Assembly: GCA_965204535.1 (NCBI GenBank)
Contig: OZ241996.1
Span: 1,056,001-1,120,000, forward strand
Direction: 5' to 3'
Length of the DNA: 64,000 bases
Source: a bacterium
GTDB lineage: Bacteria > UBA8248
Shown here: positions 9,883-19,674 of the stretch, in pieces
How the letters are laid out: each line of letters opens with the position of its first letter
Numbering within the stretch: the stretch's first letter is position 1
Notes under the pieces: model-generated
Databases searched by the model: none
The model's input: the letters and a program-made list of their open reading frames with translations, nothing else
Told to the model about the DNA's origin: nothing
Translations under genes and position numbers: made by a program

Positions 9883-11028
9883 TCACGCAATCCTTGTCCC
9901 GAACTTCTCTATCGCTTCTTCCGAGAGTGTGAGCCCGAGACCGGGCGCATCGTTCAGATAAAGCGTCCCGTTCTCGATGCGGGGCGGGTTCTCGAAGAGT
10001 TCCGCCTGAAGCGGGTCGCGCTCGGGGTCCGTGAACGATTCCACGATGCAGCCAGCCGGCGAGGCCGCGACGATATGGGCATGGATGAAGCAGTCGTGGT
10101 GCGGAGCGATTTCCACGTGGTTGAGTTCGGCCAGGGCGGCTAACTTTCTCCCCATCGTGAAGCCGCCCATGCGCGTGCAGTCGAACTGCACGATGTCTAT
10201 CGCCTGTTCTTCCAGCAGCGCGCGCACGCCGTGCCCCGTCTGCTCGCTCTCCCCGGCGGAGAGGGGGATGTCCGTCTTACGCGCCAGAATCCTGAGTTCG
10301 CGCCTGTCGTCGAACCAGCGCACGGGTTCTTCCAGCCAGCGGGGGCGGATTTCCTTAAGGAGACGCGCGCCCTCGATGGCGGTGGGCAAATCCCAGGCGC
10401 TGTTCACGTCGAGCATGAGCTCGGCCTCATCGCCGATGACCTCGCGGATGACCCGCAGGCGCTCCATGTCCTCTTCGAGCGACGCGCCGCCGATTTTCGC
10501 CTTGAATGCCCTGTGCCCCTGCTCGCGCAGCATTTCCATCTCCTCGCGCAACTCTGCCAAATCCTTCCCGTCGCGGTAATAGGCGCAGGTGACGTAGCAG
10601 GGCACATCTTCCCGATAACCGCCGAAGAGGCGGAACAGGGGCTGCCCGGATGCTTTTCCGAGAATATCCCACATGGCGAGGTCCAAGGCCGCGCTGGTGA
10701 TGAGCAGCCCGTTTCGCGACCATTCCTTCAGAAATGCGATCTTCTGGTGGGTGATGGAGAAAATCTTCTCGTACAGCCTCTCGGGAGCGAGCGCGTCCTC
10801 GCCGATGATGAGTTCCTTGAGTCCTTCGTTGAACATCTCGGCCGCGCCCTTGATGAGGAGGCGGCTGCTGCCGAGGCCGAAACCCTCCAGCCCCTCGTCG
10901 GTTTTAAGCCGTATCAGCAACTCGTTCGCCTGGTGGACGGGGTAATGGCTGACCCAGTGACCGCGCTCCTCCGGAGGGCCGGTAAGCATGTATGCTTCGA
11001 CGTCTGTAATCTTCATTCTTTTCCTCAT
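9883..11028 (-). CDS. Mandelate racemase/muconate lactonizing enzyme family protein (enolase superfamily)
   Basis: DLAMWDILGK, KxK motif KAKIG, metal ligands LDVN / EEP / GES, DCTRMGG, PGLG. Confidence 0.9.
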   Translation of the reverse strand: MRKRMKITDVEAYMLTGPPEERGHWVSHYPVHQANELLIRLKTDEGLEGFGLGSSRLLIKGAAEMFNEGLKELIIGEDALAPERLYEKIFSITHQKIAFLKEWSRNGLLITSAALDLAMWDILGKASGQPLFRLFGGYREDVPCYVTCAYYRDGKDLAELREEMEMLREQGHRAFKAKIGGASLEEDMERLRVIREVIGDEAELMLDVNSAWDLPTAIEGARLLKEIRPRWLEEPVRWFDDRRELRILARKTDIPLSAGESEQTGHGVRALLEEQAIDIVQFDCTRMGGFTMGRKLAALAELNHVEIAPHHDCFIHAHIVAASPAGCIVESFTDPERDPLQAELFENPPRIENGTLYLNDAPGLGLTLSEEAIEKFGTRIA

Positions 11029-11164
11029 AAATTCGTATGAAATGTCGGATCGCGTTCGCAGGCCCGGCTAGTTTGCCAGAGCTTTGGGGCGTTCACAATC
11101 GCCGGGCCTTGGGGTAGGATAGCGCGGTTTCGGTGGCGTTATCTTTGAATCGGAGCCTTGCATC

Positions 11165-12004
11165 ATGAACGATTTGCCGAGAGTGAGCTATCTGGGGCCT
11201 GAGGCCACCTTCACGCACGAGGCGGCCATTCTGCGCTTCGGCGAGGGGGCCGCACTAACTCCCGTGCAAAGCATCGACGCCGTGTTCGATGATGTGGAGG
11301 GTCGCCGCTCCCGCTGGGGCGTGGTGCCGATAGAGAACGCGATAGAGGGCACGGTCAACATCACGCTCGATAGGCTGCTGGAATCCCCTTTGCTGGTGGA
11401 GGGTGAAATCAGGCTGCCCATCGACATCCACCTGCTCACGAACGCAGGCTCCATCGAGCAGGTGGAGCGCATACTCAGCCACCCCCACGCGGTGGCCCAG
11501 TGCCGGCGCTGGCTTCGGGCGAACGCCTCGGGCGTCAAGATCGAAGAGGTTTTGAGCACATCGTTGGCGGCGAAAATGGCCGCCGAAGACCCGGGACTCG
11601 CGGCCCTGGGCAGCCGTCTGGCGGCCGAGCACTACGGCCTGAAGGTTTTTGCGGAAAAGCTGGATTCCGAGATCATCAACGTGACGCGATTCTTCGTCAT
11701 CGGAACCGAAAAGCCCGAGCAGGCGGCGCAATCGAAGACGAGCCTCCTCTTCGGCTTGAAAAACGAATCGGGCGCGCTCCACAAGGCGCTTGCGCCCATC
11801 GCCGAGCGTGAGCTGAACATGACGAAAATCGAGTCCCGTCCTTCGCGTAGAGTGGCATGGGAGTACGTTTTCTACATGGAAATCGATGGTTTCGCGGAAG
11901 ATGAAGCAACCGCAAAAGGTATTCTGGAACTGAGAAATCTGGTGGATTTTGTTCGTGTGCTGGGCTCGTACCCCGTGCTGCAACGAGCGCGCGAAACGAA
12001 ATGA
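11165..12004 (+). CDS. pheA: Prephenate dehydratase (PDT+ACT, no chorismate mutase domain)
   Basis: YLGPEATFT, VPIENAIEG, SHPHAVAQC, NVTRF, TKIESRP, LGSYP. Confidence 0.95.
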   Translation: MNDLPRVSYLGPEATFTHEAAILRFGEGAALTPVQSIDAVFDDVEGRRSRWGVVPIENAIEGTVNITLDRLLESPLLVEGEIRLPIDIHLLTNAGSIEQVERILSHPHAVAQCRRWLRANASGVKIEEVLSTSLAAKMAAEDPGLAALGSRLAAEHYGLKVFAEKLDSEIINVTRFFVIGTEKPEQAAQSKTSLLFGLKNESGALHKALAPIAERELNMTKIESRPSRRVAWEYVFYMEIDGFAEDEATAKGILELRNLVDFVRVLGSYPVLQRARETK

Positions 12005-12062
12005 TTTTGAGGGGTTGATTCGGACGCGAGGCTTTTACGCGTTCGAAGCATGAGGAGAGGGA

Positions 12063-13151
12063 ATGAAATTTCAAAGGGCGCGGCCCGTTTCGGACATTAT
12101 CGTCTACCAGCCGGGAAAGCCTGTGGAGGAACTCGAACGCGAACTCGGGGTCGCCGATTCCATCAAAGTAGCCTCGAACGAAAACCCCCTGGGGCCGTCG
12201 CCCAAGGCGCTGGCGGCCGTCAACGGCGCCATCGAGGAATTGCACCGCTACCCCGACGGCGGGGGGTTCTACCTCAAAAACGCGCTGGCCGAACATCATG
12301 GGTTGGCGCCTGCGAATTTCGTGTTGGGCAACGGAACCAACGAGGTTCTGGAGATTCTGGCGCATGCGTACTTGGATCCCGGAGACCCTGTCGTTTTTTC
12401 CGAGGGGGCCTTCATCGTTTATTACATCGTCTCTCAACTGAGTTCTTGCGAGATCAGGCGCGCGCCGATGCGTGATTATCACCAGGATATCGACGCCATG
12501 GCGGACTTGGTCTGCGAGAAGACGAAAATCGTCTTCCTCGCAAATCCCAATAACCCCACGGGGACGGCGGTAGGGGAGGGGAAACTCCGGGAATTACTGA
12601 AAAACATTCCGCGGAGCACCCTCCTCGTCATGGACGAGGCCTATTGCCACTACGCGCATCTCGAAGATTACCCCGACGCCGCGCGGATGCTGGGTGAATT
12701 CCCGAACCTCGTCGCCATGCGCACCTTCTCGAAGGTCTATGGGCTGGCCGGCCTGCGCGTCGGCTACGGGGTGGCGGATGAGGAAGTCGCGCAGGCGATG
12801 GAGAGCGTCCGCGAGCCGTTCAACGTGAATTCCCTGGCTCTCGTGGCCGCACAGGCCGCCTTGGGCGACGTTGATCACGTCGATAGGTCGGTCGCCGTGA
12901 ACGCCGAGGGCCGGGAGTATTTCGTGTACGAACTGTCGGCCATGGGCCTGCCCTTCGTGCCCACACAGGGGAATTTCCTGATGGTCGAGGTGGGCGAAGC
13001 GATGGGGGTGTACGAAGCGCTGTTAAGGGAAGGCGTCATCGTCCGGCCCGTGGCGGGATACGGCTTTCCGCGCCACCTGCGGATTTCCATCGGTACGCCG
13101 CAGGAAAATGAAGAAGTTGTGAAAGCGTTGTATAAAGTGCTAGAAATTTAG
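12063..13151 (+). CDS. hisC: Histidinol-phosphate/aromatic aminotransferase
   Basis: YQPGKP, ASNENPLG, NPNNPTG, DEAY, RTFSKVYGLAGLRVGY. Confidence 0.95.
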   Translation: MKFQRARPVSDIIVYQPGKPVEELERELGVADSIKVASNENPLGPSPKALAAVNGAIEELHRYPDGGGFYLKNALAEHHGLAPANFVLGNGTNEVLEILAHAYLDPGDPVVFSEGAFIVYYIVSQLSSCEIRRAPMRDYHQDIDAMADLVCEKTKIVFLANPNNPTGTAVGEGKLRELLKNIPRSTLLVMDEAYCHYAHLEDYPDAARMLGEFPNLVAMRTFSKVYGLAGLRVGYGVADEEVAQAMESVREPFNVNSLALVAAQAALGDVDHVDRSVAVNAEGREYFVYELSAMGLPFVPTQGNFLMVEVGEAMGVYEALLREGVIVRPVAGYGFPRHLRISIGTPQENEEVVKALYKVLEI

Positions 13152-13209
13152 ATAATACAAATGGATATAAATGTAATTTAATGTAGTTTATAGATATATT
13201 CAGAAAGGT

Positions 13210-14076
13210 ATGAATGTGCTTTTCGAGCAGATGGCCATCATCGGCGTGGGACTTATCGGCGGCTCGCTGGCGCGCGCCGCCCGGGAGAGGGGCCTCGTTT
13301 CGAGGTTCGTCGGCGCTGGCCGGAGTCTTGGCAACCTCGAACGCGCGCTTGAGCTGGGCGTCGTGGATCGCTTCGAGACGAACCATCTCGAGGCGGTGCG
13401 CGATTCGGATCTGGTGGTGGTGTGCACCCCGGTGCGCTCGGCGGTGCGGGTGACGGAGGCGATTTTACCCGCGATGGCTCCCGGGGCTTTGCTCACCGAT
13501 GTGGGTAGCGTGAAAGCGCCGTATGTGCGCGCGGTCGAGGCGATGGATTTGGGAGAGGTGAAATTCCTGGCGAGTCATCCCGTCGCCGGCGGCGAGAAAA
13601 CCGGGGTGGAGGCGAGTTTCTCCTCTCTTTTCGATGCGCACCAGACCATCCTGACGCCGACGGAGAGGACGCACCCTGAATCCATCGAACGTTTGCGAGC
13701 GCTATGGGAGGGAGTCGGCGCAAACGTCGAGATTCTCGACCCTGAAGCGCATGATCGCGTGATGGCCGACATCAGCCATCTCCCGCATTTGGTGGCTTAC
13801 GCCATGATGAACACCGCTCTTCAGGGTGATGCGCTCCGGCATGCGTCCAGCGGGTTTCGTGATTTTTCCCGAATCGCGTCTTCAGGGGCGGAAATGTGGC
13901 GCGAAATCTGCGAGGACAATCAGCAGGCGCTGCTGGGCGCGCTGGAGAGGTTCGAGAAAGAGCTGGCGGATATTCGCCGCTCCTTGGAAGAAGCGGATTC
14001 CGAGGGGCTCGAGCGCGCGTTTTCGAAAGCCAAAAACGGCCGGGACGAATGGGCGCGAAAAAAGGGTTGGGCTTGA
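13210..14076 (+). CDS. tyrA: Prephenate/arogenate dehydrogenase
   Basis: GVGLIGGS, TDVGSVK, HPVAG, HD..SHLPH, GFRDFSRIA. Confidence 0.94.
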   Translation: MNVLFEQMAIIGVGLIGGSLARAARERGLVSRFVGAGRSLGNLERALELGVVDRFETNHLEAVRDSDLVVVCTPVRSAVRVTEAILPAMAPGALLTDVGSVKAPYVRAVEAMDLGEVKFLASHPVAGGEKTGVEASFSSLFDAHQTILTPTERTHPESIERLRALWEGVGANVEILDPEAHDRVMADISHLPHLVAYAMMNTALQGDALRHASSGFRDFSRIASSGAEMWREICEDNQQALLGALERFEKELADIRRSLEEADSEGLERAFSKAKNGRDEWARKKGWA

Positions 14077-14786
14077 GAGAGGAATCGAGCCGAAAATCGG
14101 CCGGCATCGTCATTCCCATCGATGGGCCCGCCGGCTCCGGCAAGAGCACGGCGGCCAAGGGGGTCGCGGAGAGGCTGGGTTTCGACTATCTCGAGAGCGG
14201 CGCGCTCTACCGGGCGGTGGGTTACCGGGTTCTCAAGAAAAACCGGGCGGATGATTTCGAGAGCCGGGCGGTCGACTCCGCGCGTGATTTGCGCTTCGAG
14301 TGCCGCAAAGAAGGGAATGACTGGAAAAATATCCTCGATGGGGAAGATGTTACCGATGCGCTCCGGGATGAAGAAATCAGCGACATGGCGTCGCGGGTGT
14401 CGGCGATCCCCGGAGTGCGGGCGGCGCTGCTCGATTTTCAAAGGAATTTCGGACGAGAACGCGGGGCCGTCATCGACGGGCGCGACATCGGCACGGTCGT
14501 TTTCCCGGATGCCAGGCTGAAATTTTTTGTCGACGCGGACATCGAAGTGCGAATCCAGCGGCGTTTCGCCGAACTTGAGGCGAGGGAAGTATCCTTTCTC
14601 CCCGGGCTTCTTCGCGAGGACTTAATGCGCAGAGACGAGAGAGATCGCCACAGGGCCAGCGCGCCGCTGCGAAAGGCCGAGGACGCCGAGGAGATCGATA
14701 CGAGCGATATGAACGTTGACCAGGTGCTCGAAGTCATGCTAGAGAAAATCCGCTCGGTTTACGGGGAAGTTATTGAGGATGCTTGA
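14073..14786 (+). CDS. cmk: Cytidylate kinase (TTG start overlapping the tyrA stop)
   Basis: IDGPAGSGKST, SGALYRA, DGRDIGTVVFPDA, RDERD..R..APL. Confidence 0.95.
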   Translation: MREESSRKSAGIVIPIDGPAGSGKSTAAKGVAERLGFDYLESGALYRAVGYRVLKKNRADDFESRAVDSARDLRFECRKEGNDWKNILDGEDVTDALRDEEISDMASRVSAIPGVRAALLDFQRNFGRERGAVIDGRDIGTVVFPDARLKFFVDADIEVRIQRRFAELEAREVSFLPGLLREDLMRRDERDRHRASAPLRKAEDAEEIDTSDMNVDQVLEVMLEKIRSVYGEVIEDA

Positions 14787-14794
14787 GTTGCGAG

Positions 14795-14823
14795 TTGATT
14801 CTCTCCTTTCTCGGGTGTAGTAT
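14795..14823 (+). promoter_or_regulatory. Putative sigma70 promoter of rpsA
   Basis: TTGATT-17 nt-TAGTAT. Confidence 0.5.
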
Positions 14824-14922
14824 ATTTATTTCCGCCAATTTCATGCCGATGACTGCGATAGCGACGGACGCTTGAGCGGTGGCGGCAATTTTCTTTTTCT
14901 CAGGACGAGGTAACGCAAACAG

Positions 14923-16809
14923 ATGAATGAAACTTCCTCTAACGAATCAGAGGCCCAGCCCGCCTTCTCAGCGAAGGTGGCCGAATTACTCCCGGACGAA
15001 GTGGATCCCGACAGCCTTTCTACCGAACAGATGGATGACCTCTACGCCTCCACGATGAAGGTGCAGGACGGCGAAATCATCGAAGGAACGGTTGTGGGGA
15101 TGGAAGGTGAATATGTGCTGGTGGACGTAGGTTATAAATCGGAAGGTTTGGTGCCCCGCTTTGAATTCCCGAGCCGCGGGCGGGATCTCCAGCCCGGCGA
15201 CAGGGTGGAGGTTTTCGTCGAAGAGCGTGAGGATGATGACGGCCTCATCGTGCTCTCGAAGGAGAAAGCCAACCGGATCAAGATATGGGACGAGATCAGC
15301 AAAGCCCATGATAATGACGAGATTATCCAGGGCGAAGTCGTCGCCCGCATCAAGGGCGGGCTTACGGTCGATATCGGCCTGAAAGCCTTTTTGCCGGGTT
15401 CCCAGGTCGATCTGAGACCGGTGAGGAACCTCGATCAGTTTATCGGCAAATCCTTCGACATGAAGATCATCAAGCTCAACAGAAAGCGCGGTAACATCGT
15501 TCTCTCCAGGCGCGTGCTGCTGGAGGATGAAAGAGCGGAACTCAAGCGTGAGACGCTCGCGAATCTCACGGAAGGCATGGAGAAGGTCGGCGTCGTCAAG
15601 AACATCACCGATTACGGCGCTTTCATCGACCTGGGCGGAATCGACGGTCTGCTCCACATCACGGATATGTCCTGGGGGCGGGTGAGCCACCCGAGCGAGC
15701 TTCTCTCCATCGGGGACAGCGTCAAAGTCATCGTGCTCAAATACGACAAGGAGCGCGAGCGCGTCTCCCTGGGCCACAAGCAGATCACGCCGGACCCTTG
15801 GGAGAACGTGGAAATCAAGTATCCCATGACCGGCAAGGTTCGCGGACGGGTGGTCTCCATCACCGATTACGGCGCTTTCGTCGAGCTCGAACAGGGCGTC
15901 GAGGGCCTGGTGCACGTCTCGGAGATGTCGTGGACGAGGCGCGTTCGCCATCCCTCGAAATTCGTCGCGGTGGGCGATGTCGTGGAAGCCGTCGTTTTGA
16001 ACCTGGACAAGGAAGGCCGCAGAATCTCTCTGGGCATGAAGCAGGTCGAGGCCAACCCGTGGACCACGGTGGAGGAGAAATACCCCGTGGGGATGCGCGT
16101 GACGGGCAGCATCCGGAATTTGACGGAATTCGGCGCATTCGTCGCCCTGGACGAGGGCATCGACGGCCTCATCCATATTTCGGACATTTCCTGGACACAG
16201 CGCTTCAAGCATCCCTCTGAGATCCTGCGCAAGGGCCAGGAGATCGAGGCGGTCGTTCTGAGCGTGGACGTCGAGAAGGAGCGCCTTTCTCTCGGGATGA
16301 AGCAAATCACCCCGGATCCTTGGGACGACATTAACGACCGTTATGCGGTAGATGACGATATCGAGGCGAAAATCACGAAAATCACGAACTTCGGCGTATT
16401 TGCCGCACCCGAGGAAGAGCTGGAGGGGCTGGTGCACATCTCCGAACTCGACTCGGACAAGGTGAAAGAACCGCAGGACGTGGTGCGCGTGGGCGACGTG
16501 TTCAAAATGCGCGTCATCAAAATCGATCGGGAGCAGAGAAGGCTGGGCTTGAGCATCCGCGCCTATGTGGAGTCCACCGGCGAGGACCCGGTTGTAAGCC
16601 GGGCGCCCCAGCCTGTGGGGCCGACTGAAGAGGAAAGCGCGACCTCCGTCGAAGAAGCAGAGGAAGTGGAAGCAGGAGAAGTAGGGGAAGTGAAGGAAGT
16701 GGAGATAGAGGACGAGCCCGAAGTGGAAGCCGTTGCGGAGTCTGCGCAGGAAACGGAAGTCGTCTCGGAGGTTGCAGGCGAAGCGGACGAGGCAGAGAAA
16801 GCGGAATAA
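14923..16809 (+). CDS. rpsA: 30S ribosomal protein S1 with acidic C-terminal tail
   Basis: Six S1 repeats (DVGYKSEG, AFLPGSQVD, DGLLHITDMSW, EGLVHVSEMSW, DGLIHISDISW, EGLVHISEL). Confidence 0.97.
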   Translation: MNETSSNESEAQPAFSAKVAELLPDEVDPDSLSTEQMDDLYASTMKVQDGEIIEGTVVGMEGEYVLVDVGYKSEGLVPRFEFPSRGRDLQPGDRVEVFVEEREDDDGLIVLSKEKANRIKIWDEISKAHDNDEIIQGEVVARIKGGLTVDIGLKAFLPGSQVDLRPVRNLDQFIGKSFDMKIIKLNRKRGNIVLSRRVLLEDERAELKRETLANLTEGMEKVGVVKNITDYGAFIDLGGIDGLLHITDMSWGRVSHPSELLSIGDSVKVIVLKYDKERERVSLGHKQITPDPWENVEIKYPMTGKVRGRVVSITDYGAFVELEQGVEGLVHVSEMSWTRRVRHPSKFVAVGDVVEAVVLNLDKEGRRISLGMKQVEANPWTTVEEKYPVGMRVTGSIRNLTEFGAFVALDEGIDGLIHISDISWTQRFKHPSEILRKGQEIEAVVLSVDVEKERLSLGMKQITPDPWDDINDRYAVDDDIEAKITKITNFGVFAAPEEELEGLVHISELDSDKVKEPQDVVRVGDVFKMRVIKIDREQRRLGLSIRAYVESTGEDPVVSRAPQPVGPTEEESATSVEEAEEVEAGEVGEVKEVEIEDEPEVEAVAESAQETEVVSEVAGEADEAEKAE

Positions 16810-16815
16810 CCGAGC

Positions 16816-16846
16816 GGGTGGCGTGAAGCCATCCGATGAATTTTTG
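16816..16846 (+). terminator. Possible terminator after rpsA
   Basis: CGGGTGGC-GTGAA-GCCATCCG hairpin followed by ATGAATTTTT. Confidence 0.4.
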
Positions 16847-17058
16847 GAATATGGGATCGCGAGACGCCTCGCCGCCTGAGGGGGTTGTCATCGTTTTGGC
16901 GCATGTGGCCGACACCGGTTGTGCGATGCAACACGGACGGATGACCTCGTTTGATTCGGTGACTGCGCCGGGCGGAAAGTGGAATCCAAAGGATTGGAGC
17001 GTGGGTTTCCCGAAACGCGGACGTATCCATCGCGCTCACTGGGAGGATGATAATTCTC

Positions 17059-17433
17059 ATGACCAAGGCCGAGTTGGTGGAGCAGATAGCTGAGAAAATC
17101 AATCTCACGAAAAAAGACACCGAGCGCATTGTGAACATTGTTTTCGGGAGCATCATGGGCGCCCTGGCGGATGGTGACAAGGTGGAGTTGCGTGGATTCG
17201 GTAGTTTCCGTGTGCGATCGAGAAACAGCCGCGACGGCCGAAACCCGAGAACGGGTGAGGCGGTGGCGATTCCGCCCAAGAATGTGCCGTTCTTCAAGGC
17301 AGGGAAAGAATTGAGACAGATGGTCGATCACTTCGGACCCGCTTCTTTCGATGATGATGGAGGAGCGCCCGAGTCTTCGGGTAGCGGCGCTTCGGCGCCG
17401 GGTGAATCCGAGGAAGGCGATTCTCTCTTTTGA
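17059..17433 (+). CDS. ihfB: Integration host factor beta / HU family protein
   Basis: MTKAELVE, VELRGFGSF, GRNPRTGE, PFFKAGKELR; classical position after rpsA. Confidence 0.9.
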   Translation: MTKAELVEQIAEKINLTKKDTERIVNIVFGSIMGALADGDKVELRGFGSFRVRSRNSRDGRNPRTGEAVAIPPKNVPFFKAGKELRQMVDHFGPASFDDDGGAPESSGSGASAPGESEEGDSLF

Positions 17434-17494
17434 TAGCGTGGTTTTCAGGTAACACTTCCAACCGGAACAATCCCGCCCAACCGGAATTTTTCTC

Positions 17495-18022
17495 ATGAAT
17501 GAAAAGCGCGTCGGTCGTGGATGCGTTGTCCTTCGGCAGGGGGACATTACCGAATCCGATGTAGACGCCGTAGTCAATGCAGCCAACAACCATCTCTGGA
17601 TGGGCGCGGGCGTGGCCGGCGCCATCAAGCGAAAGGGCGGGCAGGCGATAGAGGATGAAGCCGTGTCCAAAGGGCCGATTCGGGTCGGGGATGCAGTCAT
17701 CACGGACGGCGGCAAGCTCCCCGCCCGGCACGTGATTCATGCGGCGGGCATGGGGACGGACCTTAGGACATCGTCCGAACTCGTGGAAGCCTGCACCCGG
17801 GCGAGCCTCGAGGTGGCCGAGGAGAATTCGCTGGGCAGCATTGCCTTTCCTGCCATCGGCACCGGCGTCGGGGGCCTGGATGTGAATACGGTCGCCTCCG
17901 GTATGCTCAAGGTCTGCTCGGCGCATCTGCAGGCTTCGGCGAGTACGCTTACCCGCATCGAGTTCGTCCTGTTCTCGGATGCCGACCTGGCGGCGTTTCA
18001 GGATGCGCTCGAAGCGCTTTGA
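17495..18022 (+). CDS. Macro domain protein (ADP-ribose binding / O-acetyl-ADP-ribose deacetylase-like)
   Basis: GDIT..DAVVNAAN..MGAGVAGAI, HVIHA, SIAFPAIGTGVGG. Confidence 0.92.
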   Translation: MNEKRVGRGCVVLRQGDITESDVDAVVNAANNHLWMGAGVAGAIKRKGGQAIEDEAVSKGPIRVGDAVITDGGKLPARHVIHAAGMGTDLRTSSELVEACTRASLEVAEENSLGSIAFPAIGTGVGGLDVNTVASGMLKVCSAHLQASASTLTRIEFVLFSDADLAAFQDALEAL

Positions 18023-18062
18023 TTTTCAAGCGATACGACCCCTGTGCCGTTCTCACGTCCGG

Positions 18063-18092
18063 CCTGGAAATGAGATGCTTCCAGGGCTTTTT
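18063..18092 (+). terminator. Intrinsic terminator after the macro domain gene
   Basis: CCTGGAA-N9-TTCCAGG followed by GCTTTTTT. Confidence 0.55.
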
Positions 18093-18137
18093 TATCTCTT
18101 GAAGAAGCCACTCCCTTCCGCCTGAAGCTCCAGACCC

Positions 18138-19127
18138 ATGAATCGCAAGCCACCAGGAAATCCACACCCCATTATCCTCGTCGTGGGAACGACATGTTCG
18201 GGCAAAACGGCTTTTGGCGTGGCGCTGGCCAGGCGCTTCCGGGAGGAGGGAGTGTCCCTGGAAATAGTGGGCGCCGACGCCAGGCAGATTTACCGCGGCA
18301 TCGGCGTGGGCACCGCCAAGCCTGGGGAGGATGAACGCGGCGGCGTGCCGCATCATATGTTGGATGTCGCGGAACCGGGGGAGACTTATAGCGCGGCGCG
18401 CTATGCGGATGAGGCGCTCCTTTGCATCGAGGAAATTTATCGCGCAGGCGCATACCCGCTCGTAGTGGGGGGGAGCGGTTTGTATATCCGCGCATTGGTG
18501 GAGGGATTTTTCGACGGGCCGGAAGCACAGCCGGAAATCAGGAAACGATTGGAGATCGAGGCTTCCAGGCGGGGCCATGTGGCCATGCACGAGCGCCTCG
18601 CCGCCGTCGACCCCGAAACGGCCGCGAAACTTCATCCTAACGACTTGCGAAGGGTGGTTCGCGCCCTGGAAGTGTATGAGGCGACGGGGCGGCCGGTTTC
18701 ACGTTTGCGCGCCGTGCAAAAAGCGCCCAGATTCACATGTCCGTTGTATATTGGTCTCAGGTATCCGCCTTCTGTCCTCGCCGAGCGGATCGAACGCAGG
18801 GTGCGGCGGATGCTCTCGGACGGAATGCTGGATGAAGTAGCGATGCTGGCCGAGAAGAATCTCACCGACGCCCGGGTGTTCGAGGGTCTTGGATTCCAGG
18901 AAGCCCTCGCGTTGCGCGGGGGACAGATGGTCGAGGATGAGGCGGTTCGGGAAATATCCAGGCTGCACCGCAACTACGCGAAACGTCAGCGCACCTGGTT
19001 CCGCAAGATCGAGGGCGTGAACTGGTATGAACCCGGGGAAGAGAATTTCGAAGTTATATTGGAGAAGGCCCATGATAAGGTATCCCGGTATCTGGGGCTG
19101 GAGTCTCGTATGGAGGGTTCCTCTTGA
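18138..19127 (+). CDS. miaA: tRNA dimethylallyltransferase
   Basis: GTTCSGKT, DARQIYRG..GTAKP, VPHHMLD, VGGSGLY, RVVRALEV, YAKRQRTWF. Confidence 0.96.
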   Translation: MNRKPPGNPHPIILVVGTTCSGKTAFGVALARRFREEGVSLEIVGADARQIYRGIGVGTAKPGEDERGGVPHHMLDVAEPGETYSAARYADEALLCIEEIYRAGAYPLVVGGSGLYIRALVEGFFDGPEAQPEIRKRLEIEASRRGHVAMHERLAAVDPETAAKLHPNDLRRVVRALEVYEATGRPVSRLRAVQKAPRFTCPLYIGLRYPPSVLAERIERRVRRMLSDGMLDEVAMLAEKNLTDARVFEGLGFQEALALRGGQMVEDEAVREISRLHRNYAKRQRTWFRKIEGVNWYEPGEENFEVILEKAHDKVSRYLGLESRMEGSS

Positions 19128-19663
19128 GCGTCGTGCTCATCGGTTTCAAGGGATGCGGAAAATCGACCATCGGACCTTTGCTCGCCGAAGAAATGGGGTT
19201 TTCCTTTCACGATCTCGACCATTTGATCGAACAAAGACATTTCGAGGAAACAGGAGAGCGGCTGGGGTTTCGCGAGGTTTTCAAGGCGAGGGGCGAAGAA
19301 TCCTTCCGCACAATAGAGAATCACTTGCTGCGCGAGCAATTGGGTCGGAAAGACCTCGTTCTTGCGCTCGGCGGCGGAACGCCGATGGCGCCGGACGTCG
19401 ATTCTCTGCTTGCTCCCCATTGCGTGGTTTATCTCCAGGTGCCGGAGAATGAAATCATCGAGAGAGTGCGCGCCGGTGGCTGGCCCGCCTATATCGAGAA
19501 CGAAACGGATCCGGAAGAAGCGTTGCGTCTGCTTTTCAAAAAGCGCGTTCCGCGTTATGAAGAACTCGCGAAATTGATCGTGGAAAACACGCGCGCGACC
19601 GAGGTGGTCGTCGCGGCGGCTCTGCCTGAAATTCGCGCTGTGTTGTCGAAGACTGAAACGTAG
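19124..19663 (+). CDS. aroK: Shikimate kinase
   Basis: [26 protein letters not shown]; upstream of aroC. Confidence 0.88.
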   Translation: MSVVLIGFKGCGKSTIGPLLAEEMGFSFHDLDHLIEQRHFEETGERLGFREVFKARGEESFRTIENHLLREQLGRKDLVLALGGGTPMAPDVDSLLAPHCVVYLQVPENEIIERVRAGGWPAYIENETDPEEALRLLFKKRVPRYEELAKLIVENTRATEVVVAAALPEIRAVLSKTET

Positions 19664-19674
19664 AGAGGGAAATC

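Noticed and set aside
11071-11109. AGGCCCGGC...GCCGGGCCT inverted repeat as a pheA attenuator
   Set aside because: No Phe-rich leader ORF or U tract; it lies in a short divergent promoter region.
13896-14072. Long tyrA/cmk overlap or frameshift fusion
   Set aside because: The TTG at 14073 overlapping the tyrA stop explains cmk; the upstream extension has no kinase-like sequence.
14986-16437. Long antisense ORFs (483 aa opposite rpsA; similar ones opposite katG, trpD, purC)
   Set aside because: Expected shadow frames of GC-rich, codon-biased genes; no recognisable motifs.
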